The notes beneath the pieces were generated by a model, which made no database searches, was not told the DNA's origin, and saw only the letters and a list, made by a program, of their open reading frames with translations. The translations under genes were made by a program, and so were the position numbers. A stretch of 64,000 nucleotides of DNA from assembly GCF_009914755.1 (NCBI RefSeq), contig NC_060927.1, one strand, 5' to 3'. Positions 1 through 14,163 of this stretch are shown here, piece after piece; the stretch's first letter is position 1, and every line of letters begins with the position of its first letter. The stretch is from the human T2T-CHM13v2.0 reference genome, Homo sapiens.

Positions 1-594
1 GTCGGTGTGGCGATTCCTCAGGGATCTAGAACTAGAAATACCATTTGACCCAGCCATCCCATTACTGGGTATATACCCAAAGGATTATAAATCATGCTGC
101 TATGAAGACACATGCACATGTATGTTTACTGTGGCACTATTCACAATAGCAAAGACTTGGAACCGACCCAAATGTCCAACAATGAGAGACTGGATTAAGA
201 AAATGTGGCACATATACACCATGGAATACTATGCAGCCATAAAAAATGATGAGTTCATGTCCTTTGTAGGGACATGGATGAAGCTGGAAACCGTCATTCT
301 CAGCAAACTATCACAAGGACAAAAAACCAAACACCACATGTTCTCACTCATAGGTGGGAATTGAACAATGAGAACACATGGACACAGGAAGGGGAACATC
401 ACACACCGGGGACTGTTGTGGGGTGGGGGGAGGGGGGAGGGATAGCATTAGGAGATATACCTAATGCTAAATGACGAGTTAATGGGTGCAGCACACCAAC
501 ATGGCACATGTATACATATGTAACTAACCTGCACGTTGTGCACATGTACCGTAAAACTTAAAGTATAATAATAATAAAATAAAATAAAATAAAA
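1..594 (+). mobile_element. L1PA (young, about L1PA3-4) 3' end: ORF2 C-terminus, 3'UTR and A-tail; runs off the window start
   Basis: ORF 5..364 translates as the L1 ORF2 C-terminus (EIPFDPAIPLLGIYP...WIKKMWHIYTMEYYAAIK...MFSLIGGN); G-rich 3'UTR; ends AAAGTATAATAA plus A-rich tail; GAG rather than Ta-type ACA diagnostic. Confidence 0.95.
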
Positions 595-617
595 GAGAAA
601 AGCATGTTTGTTAAGAT

Positions 618-686
618 AAAACAAAAAAAAAGAAAGAAAGAAAAGAAAGAAAAGAAAAGAAAAGAAAGGAAAAGAAGAGAAAAGAA
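618..686 (+). repeat. A-rich/(GAAAA)n simple repeat, a second A-tail after the L1
   Basis: AAAACAAAAAAAAAGAAAGAAAGAAAAG... seen directly. Confidence 0.9.
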
Positions 687-850
687 CAGGGCTGGCAAGT
701 TTTTGCTGCAAAGGGCTAGATAGTACATATTTCTGGTGTTGCAAGTCAAGAAGCAAAATTGAGGCTACTATGTAGGTATTTATAAAACTAGAGAAAAAAT
801 AAAGATCCACAACATTTTTACTGGTAAAATTCAAAATACAGTAATAATTG
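687..850. mobile_element. MER58C-like hAT-Charlie fragment
   Basis: CAGGGCTGGCAAGTTTTTGCTGCAAAGGGCTAGATAGTACATATTT resembles the MER58 terminus. Confidence 0.65.
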
Positions 851-1205
851 GAACTCAGAGAGAGAGTAGAAGGGTGATTGCCAGGGGCTAGGAGTGGGGG
901 AATGCTGAGATGTTGATCAAAGGGTACAAACTTTTGCTTATAAGATGAGTAATTTCTGGGATTCTAGAGTACAGGATGTACTCTAGTTAATAGTTAATAG
1001 TACTGTATTGTAAACCTGAAATTTGCTGAGAATAGATCTCTAGTGTCACCACCACACACACAAAAAAATAGTTACTATGTGAGGTGATGGACATGTTAAT
1101 TCGACTGTGGTAATCATTTCACAATGCATACCAAATCGTCATGTTGTATGTCTTCAATATATACAATTTTCATTTGTAAATTGTGCCTCAATAACGCCAG
1201 AAAAA
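851..1205 (+). mobile_element. L1MA9/L1MB-type 3'UTR fragment
   Basis: GAGTAGAAGGGTGATTGCCAGGGGCT...GGGTACAAACTTT...GTGAGGTGATGGACATGTTAATT motifs. Confidence 0.8.
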
Positions 1206-1214
1206 AGTATTATT

Positions 1215-1644
1215 TTTAAAAAACTGCCACTTGTCCAGTTCTGATATAATATCAGAAAAGAATTTCCACAATTATCTGAAGAGGCCTTTATTTTCAACTA
1301 TGTATATCTGTGAGGCTAGATTTTCTTATATTTCCACAAAAACAATGTATCATAATAAATTGAATGTAGAAGCAGATAGCAGAATTCAGTTGTCTTTTAT
1401 CAAGCCTAGACATTAAAGAGATTTGCAAAAATATAAAGTAATACCACTCTTTTCATTATGTACTTGTTTTATAAAATATAATTATTTTCACAAAAGTATT
1501 ATTTATGTTAACATGCAACAGGTTTGTTGTTTTATTTTAAAATGTAATAATAAATATTTTTTACTTTTTCAATTTTACTTTTGAAATCAGCAAATACAGA
1601 TAGATATAACTCAATAAGCAAAAAATCTTTGGGGTCCTCAATTA

Positions 1645-1650
<6 letters not shown>
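1215..1650 (+). mobile_element. Charlie1a-type hAT transposon 3' portion (resumes at ~2605-2665 after a nested L1 and Alu)
   Basis: TATCTGTGAGGCTAGATTTTCTT...AAGCCTAGACATTAAAGAGATTTGCAAAAAT...TTTGGGGTCCTCAAT; continuation AAGAGTGCAAAAGGGTCTGAGATCAAAAA. Confidence 0.75.
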
Positions 1651-2576
<926 letters not shown>

Positions 2577-3673
2577 GTGTTTCACTTTTTGAGATCCTTA
2601 ACAACCCTCAAGAGTGCAAAAGGGTCTGAGATCAAAAACAAAACAAAACACCAAGTTGATGACTGCTTGTCTAGAATATCCCAGCCTTTCCTGGATAACT
2701 CCTCCCTGTTATTCAAGACAAAGGCAGTCATCATCTATTAAGAAAAACATCAGGTCCAGCCCCCAGGCTGTGTTATGAGGCCCTTCTAAATGTAGCCTAT
2801 GCATATCCCCATCTTTGCTTTTAGTACACTATGTTTAATCATCTGTTACTTTCTCTCTTTCCTTCTCTAAACTGTTAAGTCTTTTGAGGGCAGGATTCAG
2901 ATCTCTTCCATTTGGGTGTATGCCCAATGTCTATAACATAATAGTGTGTGAGAAATATTTGTGACATATTTTTGAAATAAATTAAAGATGATTATTTGAA
3001 ATGGTCTATAGAAGGATTAATAAAGAGTTCACTTGTATGTCACCTCTGCATGTCTATTAATTGCTGCCTAGAGCACTGTGTTGAGGACTCTGAGGTCATG
3101 TGGAGGCTTAGCAAAAAGGAGTTCAGGGACTAATTAGCAATACAAATGGGGTATAAAAAGATCTATTCCTAGACTGGATGATAAGTACTCTTGTAGGTCT
3201 GATAGTCCACGTAAGGAAATGCAATTAGTTTGGTCTTCAAATTTCATCCTTAATACTTTAGTCTGAAAATATGATACCTCCTTTATTAGTAAATTAAATG
3301 TGACTATGTTGCAGAATCTACTGGATAAAAAACACAAATATTCCCTCTTTTGGCCTGTATTCCTACCCCTAGATCCTGCCAAGATCAAAAGTTCCTTATA
3401 GAATTCTTCATGGATTTTACAAATACATCAATGCAATTTTATTTTAATATGAGGCTGTTAGATTTGAAATGATTCACATTATTTTCATCTAGGGACTTAT
3501 TTCTTATCCGAGTAGCATTCAGAGACAAATATATACAGCCCACATATTCATTTTATTTCTAGCTTCATGTCTTTGGTTTTATTTATAAAAAGCTATGCAT
3601 TGTTCAAAAATGAAAACCATTTAAATATGTATTATTACATTATTTCTGCAATCTTCCTTTTACAAATGGATAG

Positions 3674-5370
3674 CTATTAGAGTTAAAGAAATTACTGGCT
3701 ATGCTAAAATATTAATGATGCCTCAGAAGAAAGACTATCAAGATACATTTGAATGGGGAGTGTAGAATCGGTACAGCCTACATTGCAGATAAAGAAGGGA
3801 GACATCTATAAATGAAGTGCAAGTATGTTATTATCCATGTGGGTGACATAATATGTTGGTATAACAGAGTGTTAATTTACCAAACGATTGATCCACAGGT
3901 GTTGAAAGTGGACTGGAGATGTTACTCCCAGAGAGATCCTTTCATTTGTGCTGTTTAGATTTGTTCAAAAGATTACATGGTCTCAGAGAGTGAGCTATGT
4001 ACTTATCTTAAACTCACTCTGAAAGGTGGTAGAAACAATAAATGAAGAATCGAGAATTTTATTAAAATCTAGGTGATACTACCTTCATAGAGGAAGAGAA
4101 AAAGAATTCCAATTCCTTGAGGATAAGAAAAGAGAACTATGAATACTTTTTTCATATGCATATACGTGGTGAAGTGATAAACAATGAATATAATGGAAAA
4201 CAATTTTGCAACCGAGGCACAAAAAAATACTACCTTGAATTTTATAACACTTTTTGCTTTTTAAAAACATGCTCACATCCCACTATTTCATTTTATCCTC
4301 CCAAGAAACCTATGAGGTAAGTAAGGCAGGTTTCATTATCTCCGAGATTTATCTAACACTCTTACCACTACTATTTTATGATAGGGTTCATGGATCCAGA
4401 AGGAAGTATTACTTGTATTGTGGCTATATCTGGTGACTCACAAGAATTGGAGAAGTGAATTAACCAGGATGTATTACGAGGGCCAGGAACACTCTTTCTT
4501 ACCTTGGGACACAGATTTCCCTTATAAATATTTTACCAGACAAATTAGCAATAAACACATATCTTTTATTATATTGAAATGAGGATGTCCAGACAAACCA
4601 CTTTTGACCTTGCCAGGATGGGGGATAACTCTAAGAGGTGACCCAATGACTATGTGCAACCAAAGCTCTGGCCTGTCATTTCCATAGCCCCCTTCTTAAC
4701 TGTTTCTTATATTTAACCCTTTCTCTGTCCTCTAGAAGATCAAGAATCAAAAGGAGAGGATAGGAACAGCTTAGGTGAGACAATGATATTATTAGAAATT
4801 GCCCTCTGTAGGCAGAGTTTGTGTTTCTATTTAATTTAAAACTAATATATATGTATTATTTATTTCATGCCTTATTAGACATAGAAATAAAAAACATTTA
4901 CTGAATGCTAATAATGGACGAAGCAGAGTAAAGAAGTTTGCATATAAAAATACTATCTTAATCTCAACGTCTGCTCTGCTATTACAGTGGATAGAAACAT
5001 TGCTCTAGGGGTGAAGTGGGGTGGGCAGGGCTCACAGACAGCTCTGTTTATCAGTGTAGCCCATGCACTTATTTTGGCTAACATTCTTCTGACTGTCTGA
5101 TGACTGGTATCTGTTAAACATTTTATATATCATCCCTGACATAAGTATTTGCTATTTTATTCATTTTACCTTTCTATATGCTTGATGTTCTACATACACA
5201 TGTGTGTATACTTGTATATATGAATATGTACATAGTATATATATATGTATATACAAATACTGTGTATACATATATTTTTTAAATAAACAGGTATCAAGAA
5301 GCATTTCACCTTGGCTTGTAGAACAGAGGGAACTGCTGTATCAAGGAGTCTCTGCTCCAGGGCCCACTAG
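3674..5370 (+). pseudogene. Candidate decayed multi-exon gene of unknown family (exon-like segments 3674-3822, 3899-4072, 4385-4637, 4736-4774, 5291-5370)
   Basis: AG/GT-bounded segments join without frameshift into 231 codons with 6 internal stops; 4736-4774 has strong splice sites; no homolog recognised and sites were chosen post hoc. Confidence 0.28.
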
Positions 5371-5769
5371 GTTCTGAACTCCCACCACTCTCACCAAGTT
5401 CAGATCTTTTGGGCTAACATGGCTAAGAGTCTGTCTATACTGGGTCTTAGGAACAAATGCATTTCTTCCACTGATGGCTTACTTTTTTTTGAGGCAATAA
5501 GAATGTCATGTAATATTACATAATAAGACACACAAACTTAAATTTGACAGTATTCCAGGATGCCTCTTTCAATTGTTTTACCTGAAGCTGATCAAATCTG
5601 GCCAGAAGGTATTCTTTCTCCCCTTTTCCCCAATCAGCTCAGTCTAGCTAGGCAGTACTGTTTGGGGTCCATAGTGCAGCTAGCATTGGGTTCCATTTAC
5701 CAACAATTTGCTGTTCAACAAGGAGAGGGGAAAGCCATCTCCTCGCCACTCTCTACCCCCACTATGCTT

Positions 5770-6008
5770 TATGGCCTAGTGATTAAGAGCCTGGCTTCTG
5801 GAACCACATGAGCCTGGAAGTAAACGTGTACTCAGCAGCACCTCCCCTTTCCCAGTGACCTTAAGAAAAGTAATTTACATGAGCCTTAGTTTCCTGAGTC
5901 GTAAAATGAAGGTACTAAGGACCTTCCTCAGATGGTAGTTGTGAGAATTAAACGAGATATGCTTAGGGTACGGTGCACAGCATGCAATAAATTCTCAGTA
6001 AATGTTAG
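5770..6008 (+). mobile_element. MIR
   Basis: TAGTGATTAAGAGC...GTGACCTT...AGCCTTAGTTTCCT...GTAAAATG...GTTGTGAGAATTAAACGAGAT core. Confidence 0.8.
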
Positions 6009-6017
6009 GAGGGCATA

Positions 6018-6391
6018 TGTATTATTCTGTTCTCACATTGCTATGAAGAAATACCCCAGACTGGGTAATTCATAAAGGAAAGAGATTTAATTGACTCACA
6101 GTTCTGCATGGCTTCAGAGGCCTCAGGAAACTTACAACTATGGTGGAAGGCAAAGGAGAAGCAGGCACCTTCTTCACAGGGTGGCAGGACGGAGTGAGTG
6201 CAAGCAGGGGAAACGCCAGATGCTTATAAAACCATCAGATCTTGTGAGACTCACTCATTATCATGAGAACAGCAGCATGGGGGAAACCACCCCCGTGATC
6301 CAATCACCTCCACCTGGTCCCACCCTTGGTGATTATGGGACTTACAATTCAAGGCTAGATTTGGGTAGAGACAGAGAGCCAAGCCATATCA
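6018..6391 (-). mobile_element. THE1D solo LTR (ERVL-MaLR)
   Basis: TGTATT...CCATATCA termini; 5-bp TSD GCATA on both sides. Confidence 0.9.
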
Positions 6392-7061
6392 GCATATTTA
6401 TACAGTTACAAAACTGTATATATGAACTTGACAACAGGTAACTTTATGAGAGGTGAGATATACTAGTCTAAAAGCCTTATTTTCTGAGACCTTTACTAAT
6501 GACCTTTACAGACAGAGCCCAATACTGACTTCTGAAGCTACATTAAAATACAATGTTGCCCTTTTATGCCTTATATAATTATTTCTTACTTCTGTTCTAC
6601 TATTGTACCTCACACTCACCTGTGATTATTTTGTCCTGTCCATCATTTTGCTCTGTTTCAGAGAAGGGACACCTGAGAACAATAATAATTTAATTAGTAT
6701 TAGCTGCTGCTACTCTAGTTCCTTATTCCATGGAAACGTTCTTCCATTGACGGCCTAGGACTTTCACAGTGCCAATAAAAAAAATTTTTTCAGTCCTGAT
6801 TTTCCTGGATCTTCCTTCAATCTTCTCCACTGAACCCAGCTGACTTCTTGATACTTTCCCTTTCCAAGATGCTGCTCATGGCTAATTATCCTCCTATCTC
6901 TCTGAAGGTTTCTTCTCCTTCTGCTCTGCCCAACCACCAAACATTGATATTCCCACTGGGCAGCAACTTAAAAGAAAGGAATTTCTCTACGTGTTGATGT
7001 AGAAAGATTTCCAAAATATCTAATGAAATTTTAAAAACATCCTGACTTATAATTTGCTATC

Positions 7062-7425
7062 TAATGTGGTTTGGCTCTGTGTTCCCACCCAAACCTCATC
7101 TTAAATTGTACTCCCATAATTCCCATGTGTTGTAGGAGGAATCTGGTGAGAGATAATTTGAATCATGGGGGTGGTTTCCCCCATACTGCTCTCATGGTAG
7201 TGAATAAGTCTCACAAGATCTGATGGTTTTTATCAGGGGTTTCTGCTTTTGCTTCCTCCTCATTTTCTCTTGCTGCCACCATGTAAGAAGTGTCTTTGGC
7301 CTCCCACCATTCTGAGGTGATTCTGAGGCCTCCCCAGCCATGTGGAACTGTAAGTCCAATTAAACCTCTTTTTCTTCCCAGTCTCGGATACGTCTTTATC
7401 AGCAGCATGAAAATGGACTAACACA
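7062..7425 (+). mobile_element. THE1 (A/B/C-like) solo LTR
   Basis: TAATGTGGTTTGGCTCTGTG...AATGGACTAACACA; TSD CTATC. Confidence 0.9.
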
Positions 7426-7465
7426 CTATCTTACTCTATTTTCAAGTATTCTTACAATGGATATG

Positions 7466-8261
<796 letters not shown>

Positions 8262-8315
8262 CTTTACTTTTAATTATTTTTAAATGTTAACAAAAGTAAT
8301 CTGAGCAGTAGACTT

Positions 8316-8622
8316 TTTCTTTTTTTTTTTTTTTTTTTTTTGAGACAGAGTCTTGCTTTGTCACCTAGGCTGGAGTGCAGTGGCACAATCATGGCTCACT
8401 GCAACCTCTGCCCTGGGTTCAAGCAATTCTTGTGCCTCAGCCTCCTGAGTAGCTGGGACTACAGGCATGTACCCCCACGACTGGTTAATTTTTGTAGTTT
8501 TTGGTAGAGACGAGGTTTCACCATGTCGGCCAGGCTGGTCTCGAACTCCTGGCCTCAAGTGATCTACCTGCCTCAGCTTCCCAAAGTGCTGGGCTTACAG
8601 GCATGAGCCACTGCATCCAGCC
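8316..8622 (-). mobile_element. Alu (Sz/Jb-like)
   Basis: Dimeric Alu; 15-bp TSD CTGAGCAGTAGACTT at 8301-8315 and 8623-8637. Confidence 0.95.
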
Positions 8623-8853
8623 CTGAGCAGTAGACTTCTATAAGCCATTTTCTTTTCTTCTCTATGTCTTATGTATTTTTCTTAATCTAACAAATATTAC
8701 ACATGCACACAAATAGAGATAAGCTATATAGATACCAACACACACACATATATTTACATATTACGTAATAATTAGTACCTTGTAACCTTCTGCCCTTGGG
8801 TCATCAGAGTCTCTACCCTGGAGTCATTGTTCCTCTCTATGCATTTTGTGTTA

Positions 8854-9143
8854 TGGCTAGAAGTCTGAGATCAGGGTGCAGGAATGGTCAGGCGCTGGTG
8901 AGAGCCCTCTTCTGGGTTGCAGATGGCCAACTTCTCCTTGAACCCTTGTATTGTGGAAAGAGAGCAAGAGCACTCTCTGGGGTCTTTTCTATAAGGGCAC
9001 TAATCCCATTCATGAGGGCTCCACTTTCATGACTTAATTTCTTTCCAAAGGCTCCACCTCCAAATACCATCACATTGTGGGTTAGGATTTCAACATATAA
9101 ATTGGTGGGGGGTGGGTATGACACAAATATTCAGTCCATTGCA
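8854..9143 (-). mobile_element. MLT1A/A0 LTR (partial)
   Basis: ATAAGGGCACTAATCCCATTCATGAGGGCTCCAC...ACACAAATATTCAGTCCATTGCA. Confidence 0.85.
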
Positions 9144-9450
9144 GTGACTATATTTGGCAATAGAGCCTTTAAGGAGGTAATTACGTTTAACTGACCTAAT
9201 CCAATATGACTGGTGTTCTTATAAGAAGAGAGAGAGAGACAGAGAGAGAGAAAGGATATGAGGGATGCTCACACACAAAGAAAAGGCCTTGTGAGAACAA
9301 AGAGAGAAGGTAGCTGTCTGCAGGCCAAGGAGAGAGACCTCAGAAGAAACCAACCCTGCAGGCACCTTGATCTTCCAGCCTCCAAAGAAAATACACTTCT
9401 GCTGTTTAAGCCACTAACCCTGTGCTATTTCATCATGGCAGCCCTAGCAC
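9144..9450 (+). mobile_element. MLT1B LTR (partial)
   Basis: CCTAATCCAATATGACTGGTGTTCTTATAAGAAGAG...CTCAGAAGAAACCAACCCTGC...ATGGCAGCCCTAGCA. Confidence 0.8.
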
Positions 9451-9469
9451 AGTTTCATTATTCTCATGA

Positions 9470-10720
9470 GTTTATCTCCCGCTCTGTGCTGAAGAATCCC
9501 AAATCAACATTTCTAATCCTGATCTTTCGACATCTTCAGATGTGCTTCCTGTTGATGTATCACTTAATGTGCCCACAACAAAATTATCACTGGCTTTTTC
9601 TACTCTGACCCCATCTTGCATTTAAATACCATTTTGGGCTGGGTGTGGTGGCTCACACCTGTAATCCCAGCACTTTGGGAGGATGAAGCGGGTGGAATGC
9701 TTGAGGCCAGGAGTTCGAGACCAGCCTGGCCAACATGGTGAAAGCCTGTCTCTACTAAAAATACAAAAATTAGCTGGGCGTGGTGGCACCCATGTGTAAT
9801 CCCAGCTGCTCAGGAGGTTGACGCACGAGAATTGTTTGAGCCTGGGAGACGGAGGTTGCAGTGAGTCAAGATCGCACCACCGCACTCCAGCCTGGGCGAC
9901 AGAGCAAGACTCCATCTCAAAAAAATAAAAAATAAATACCACTCTATCCAAAGAAGTTCAAGCCAGAAATCTGGGAGTGCCCCCTCTCCCTCAACCCTCA
10001 CATCCAATCAATCAACACCCTGCTGATTCTGTCTCATTAATATCCCTCATTCCAAGTCCTCCTCTCCATCCTACTGCCATTGCTTTCATCCAGTCACTTC
10101 TTATTTCTTACCTGTGCCACTGGAATAGCCTGCTAATTGGTCCCCCTGCATCCAATCTTGACCCCTTAAATCCATCACTTCCAAGGTGGCTAGAGTTATT
10201 TATATAAAAGACAAGTTGGATTATGTTGCTCTGCTGCTTAAAACCCTTGCCTCCCCTTCCCTCTAGTTTCTCAACCTGCACACAAGACCCCCATCACCTG
10301 CCCTATCCATCCTTTCAGCTTTATCTCTTGCCTCTCCTTGCATTTAATGCTACACTAGTAACATGAAACTGCTTGCAGATACTGGGCTCACACATCTGTT
10401 CCTCTGGTGCACCAGTCTTCCTGCCAGGAATGCCCTTTCTTCCCCTGCCTAACTTTCACCAACCTTCAAGATGCATTCCAGGTGTATCATGTCCTCCATA
10501 AAGTCTTGCTGAATCCCAGATGAGGTAAAGTGTTCTTTGTATATGTGACCAGGATGCCCTGAACACACGCATATATTAAATGTCAAATTATGTGTCTGTC
10601 TCTCTGGCTGTAAGCACCTGAGAGATAAATATCACGTATTTTAAACCATGTATCTATCTGTTGTGCCTAGCCCAGTCCCTGGCATAAAGTAGTAAAGAAA
10701 AGCTGGCAGAATGAACAAAG
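9470..10720 (+). mobile_element. L2 3' region, interrupted by an Alu
   Basis: CAAGCCAGAAATCTGGGAGT...CACATCCAATC... and L2 3' end GTGCCTAGCCCAGTCCCTGGCATAAAGTAG. Confidence 0.75.
9637..9932 (+). mobile_element. AluSz/Sz6-like
   Basis: Dimeric Alu with A-tail; partial TSD TAAATACCA. Confidence 0.95.
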
Positions 10721-10836
10721 GAAGGCATGTATCTTACTATTCAAGAATTTCCACAAACTGTTATTTAACAAGGGAATAATAAATAACTATTTGGCGGTAA
10801 TTTAATACAATCTCAAAACACTTATTTTGTATAGAC

Positions 10837-11050
10837 CAGGGTTTCTCAACCTTGGCACTACTGCCATTTGGGCTGGGTAGGTCTTTGTTGTGGGAGTTGT
10901 CCTGCTCATCACAGGCCTTTACCCACTGGATGCCAGTAGCTCCCCACCCCCTATTTGTGACAATAAAAAGTCTCCAAACATCGCCAGATGTCCCTGGACA
11001 GGAAGGGGAGGGCTGTCGGGAGGTGGAGAGCAGTGAGATTGCCCACTGGT
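10837..11050 (-). mobile_element. MER20 (hAT-Charlie)
   Basis: CAGGGTTTCTCAACCTTGGCACT...TACCCACTGGATGCCAGTAGC...GTCTCCAAACATCGCCAGATGTCCC. Confidence 0.85.
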
Positions 11051-11298
11051 CTAGACAAACGCTCAATGTTGATTTTGAATTTCATAACACCTGTGAAGAC
11101 AGGGACTCCCATAACATTTCATTTGGTCCCTCAGGATATCAATTATTCTTTCTAAGAACAAATCTGCCATAGTTCATCATGTTTTTAAAGGCATTTAGAT
11201 CAACTATATATAAAACTTTTAAGAGTTTTTCTAATATAATTACCTTGTAAAAAGATGAGATCATGTAACTTATTGTTCCATAAAAATATAGGGTTGTT

Positions 11299-11299
11299 A

Positions 11300-11333
<34 letters not shown>

Positions 11334-11338
11334 TATAT
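11299..11338. repeat. (A)n(TA)n microsatellite
   Basis: Seen directly. Confidence 0.95.
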
Positions 11339-11484
11339 GTTGATTCTTATTTGGAAAGGAAAGAGGCCTATAATTTAATTCAACAGCTGCTCTCTGGCTG
11401 GGAGAGAGGGAGGGAGTGAAGGTGCGTGAGGGAGGAAGAAGGAAAAGGAGAAAGAAGGAGGGAGGTTGCTTTAAAACAAATTTG

Positions 11485-11624
11485 GGGGATAGCATTAGGA
11501 GATATACCTAATGCTAAATGACGAGTTAATGGGTGCAGCACACCAACATGGCACATGTATACATATGTAACAAACCTGCACGTTGTGCACACGTACCCTA
11601 GAACTTAAAGTATAATAATAATAA
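11485..11624 (+). mobile_element. Heavily 5'-truncated L1PA 3' end (~140 bp)
   Basis: Nearly identical to 439-575 of this window (GGGATAGCATTAGGAGATATACCTAATGCTAAATGACGAGTT...). Confidence 0.95.
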
Positions 11625-11634
11625 TTAATTTTTT

Positions 11635-11767
11635 AAAAAAAGATGCAAATTCTCAGACTCAACCCCTAGACTGCACAATTGAAGTCTCCAGGGGTGTGGC
11701 TCAGCAATCTGCATTTTAACAAGCTCTCCAGATGATTCCTGTAACTGCTAAAGTTCGAGGACCACAG
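11635..11767. mobile_element. MER5A, one side only
   Basis: ATGCAAATTCTCAGACTCAACCCC...AATCTGCATTTTAACAAGCTCTCCAGATGATTC...AAAGTTCGAGGACCAC. Confidence 0.8.
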
Positions 11768-11824
11768 GTGTTATGCATGGGTATGTTGCAGTGGAGCTGG
11801 AAAGGAATTGCTGTTAAGTATTTC

Positions 11825-11967
11825 AGCTGGGCATAGTGGCTCAAAACTGTGATCCCAGTATTTTGGGAGGCTAAGGTGGGAGGATTGTTTGAACCAGAAG
11901 TTCGAGGCCAGCTTGGGCAACATGGCAAGACCCCCCCGTCTCTAAAAACATTATTTAAAAAAAAAAA
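11825..11967 (+). mobile_element. FLAM_C / Alu left monomer
   Basis: Single left monomer with A-tail. Confidence 0.85.
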
Positions 11968-11986
11968 TAACAGACAATAGTGTGTG

Positions 11987-12286
11987 GGGTGGGCCTGGTG
12001 GCTCATGCCTATAATTTTAGCACTTTGGGAGGCCAAGGCAGGAGGACTGCTTGAGCTCAGGAGTTCAAGATCAACTTGGGCTGCACAGTGAGACCTTGTC
12101 TCCACAAAAAATAAACAAAATTAGCCGCCATGGTGGTACACACCTCTGGTCCTCCAGTCAAGAGGCTGAGGTGGGAGGATCGCTTGAGCCCCAGAAGTTA
12201 AGGCTACAGTGAGCTATGAGCCATTATTGTGCCACCGCACTCCAGCCTGGGTGTCAGAGTGAGAGCTTGTCTCTAAAAAAAAAAAA
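11987..12286 (+). mobile_element. AluJ
   Basis: J-type GAGGTGGGAGGATCGCTTGAGCCC; TSD ACAATAGTGTGTGG. Confidence 0.92.
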
Positions 12287-12769
12287 GAACAATAGTGTGT
12301 GGAAGAAGCTCACTGTTCTAGGGAAGCACAGAGTGCGAGGCAACCCTGTTACCCCATGGAGAGGACTTTCCACAGCCTATTTCTTTGCACTGAGTGTCTG
12401 ATTCCACTCTTAGGATGAAATGTGCAGTCTTCTTGATCCAATATTGTATTGATTTGAAGTATCCATTCCAAGTGGCTTCCAGAATGAAGTAAAAGGACTC
12501 AAATTAAAAAAAAAAAAACAAATTTGGTGGGCTTTTTATGTCAACTCCTCATTCCCTTTGCTCTCTGCATGATTCTAACCCACTGTTATTGATCAGCATT
12601 GTCAACATTAAACAAAGAACAGTGAATTCTATTACACAGCCTGGTCAGACAAAGGTCAATCCAACATTCTGGTTGACAGAGTTTCCAATGTTCAAAGTAC
12701 TCTACTATTAATAAATACACCAAACATAAAAAACTATACTAAAATATTTTGGAAATTCTTTGAGGAAAA

Positions 12770-13200
12770 GGGAGCACCCCCTATGTGCTAGGAACTATAA
12801 ATATTTTTTAATGAGCCACACAGGCATCATCTCTAGTGTTTGAAAATATATGGTCTAGTTGGGGGTTATAAAAAGGAATGAAATAGTCACACTGATGGGA
12901 GTATAATTACAAACTGAATAAATGCTATGCAGAAAAGTATTCAAGGAACATGACCTAGACTTGAGAGAATCACACTGGGGTTGAGATCTGAAGAAGGAAT
13001 CTAAGGCACTGACTAAAGCAGAAAGAAGAAGGGCAGCTGCAGGGGGCAGGGACAGCATGAGTAGATGCCCTGGGCTAGAGGGAGCATACCTGGGAACTGA
13101 AGAAGAAAAGAGGGGAGCTAAGGAACTGGCAAGGTGGAACAGGGCCTGGTGGGTCATGCTGACTTGGAAGGAAGGGCCGTGCACTGACATACAGTTTAAT
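12770..13200 (-). mobile_element. L2 fragment (resumes after 14153)
   Basis: GAGCACCCCCTATGTGCTAGG...GTTGAGATCTGAAG; continuation CATTCTGGCTATGTTGTGGAGAA. Confidence 0.6.
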
Positions 13201-13211
13201 AAACCATTCTG

Positions 13212-14163
<952 letters not shown>

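Noticed and set aside
5-364. 119-aa ORF as a host gene
   Set aside because: It is the L1 ORF2 C-terminus, not an independent gene.
3072-4637. Fibronectin type-I/VWC-like Cys modules (e.g. MKCK|C..KVDWRCYS, HCVEDSEV)
   Set aside because: These need several invented frameshifts, and similar patterns fit two different frames of the same DNA, which indicates over-fitting. Only the frameshift-free chain is reported.
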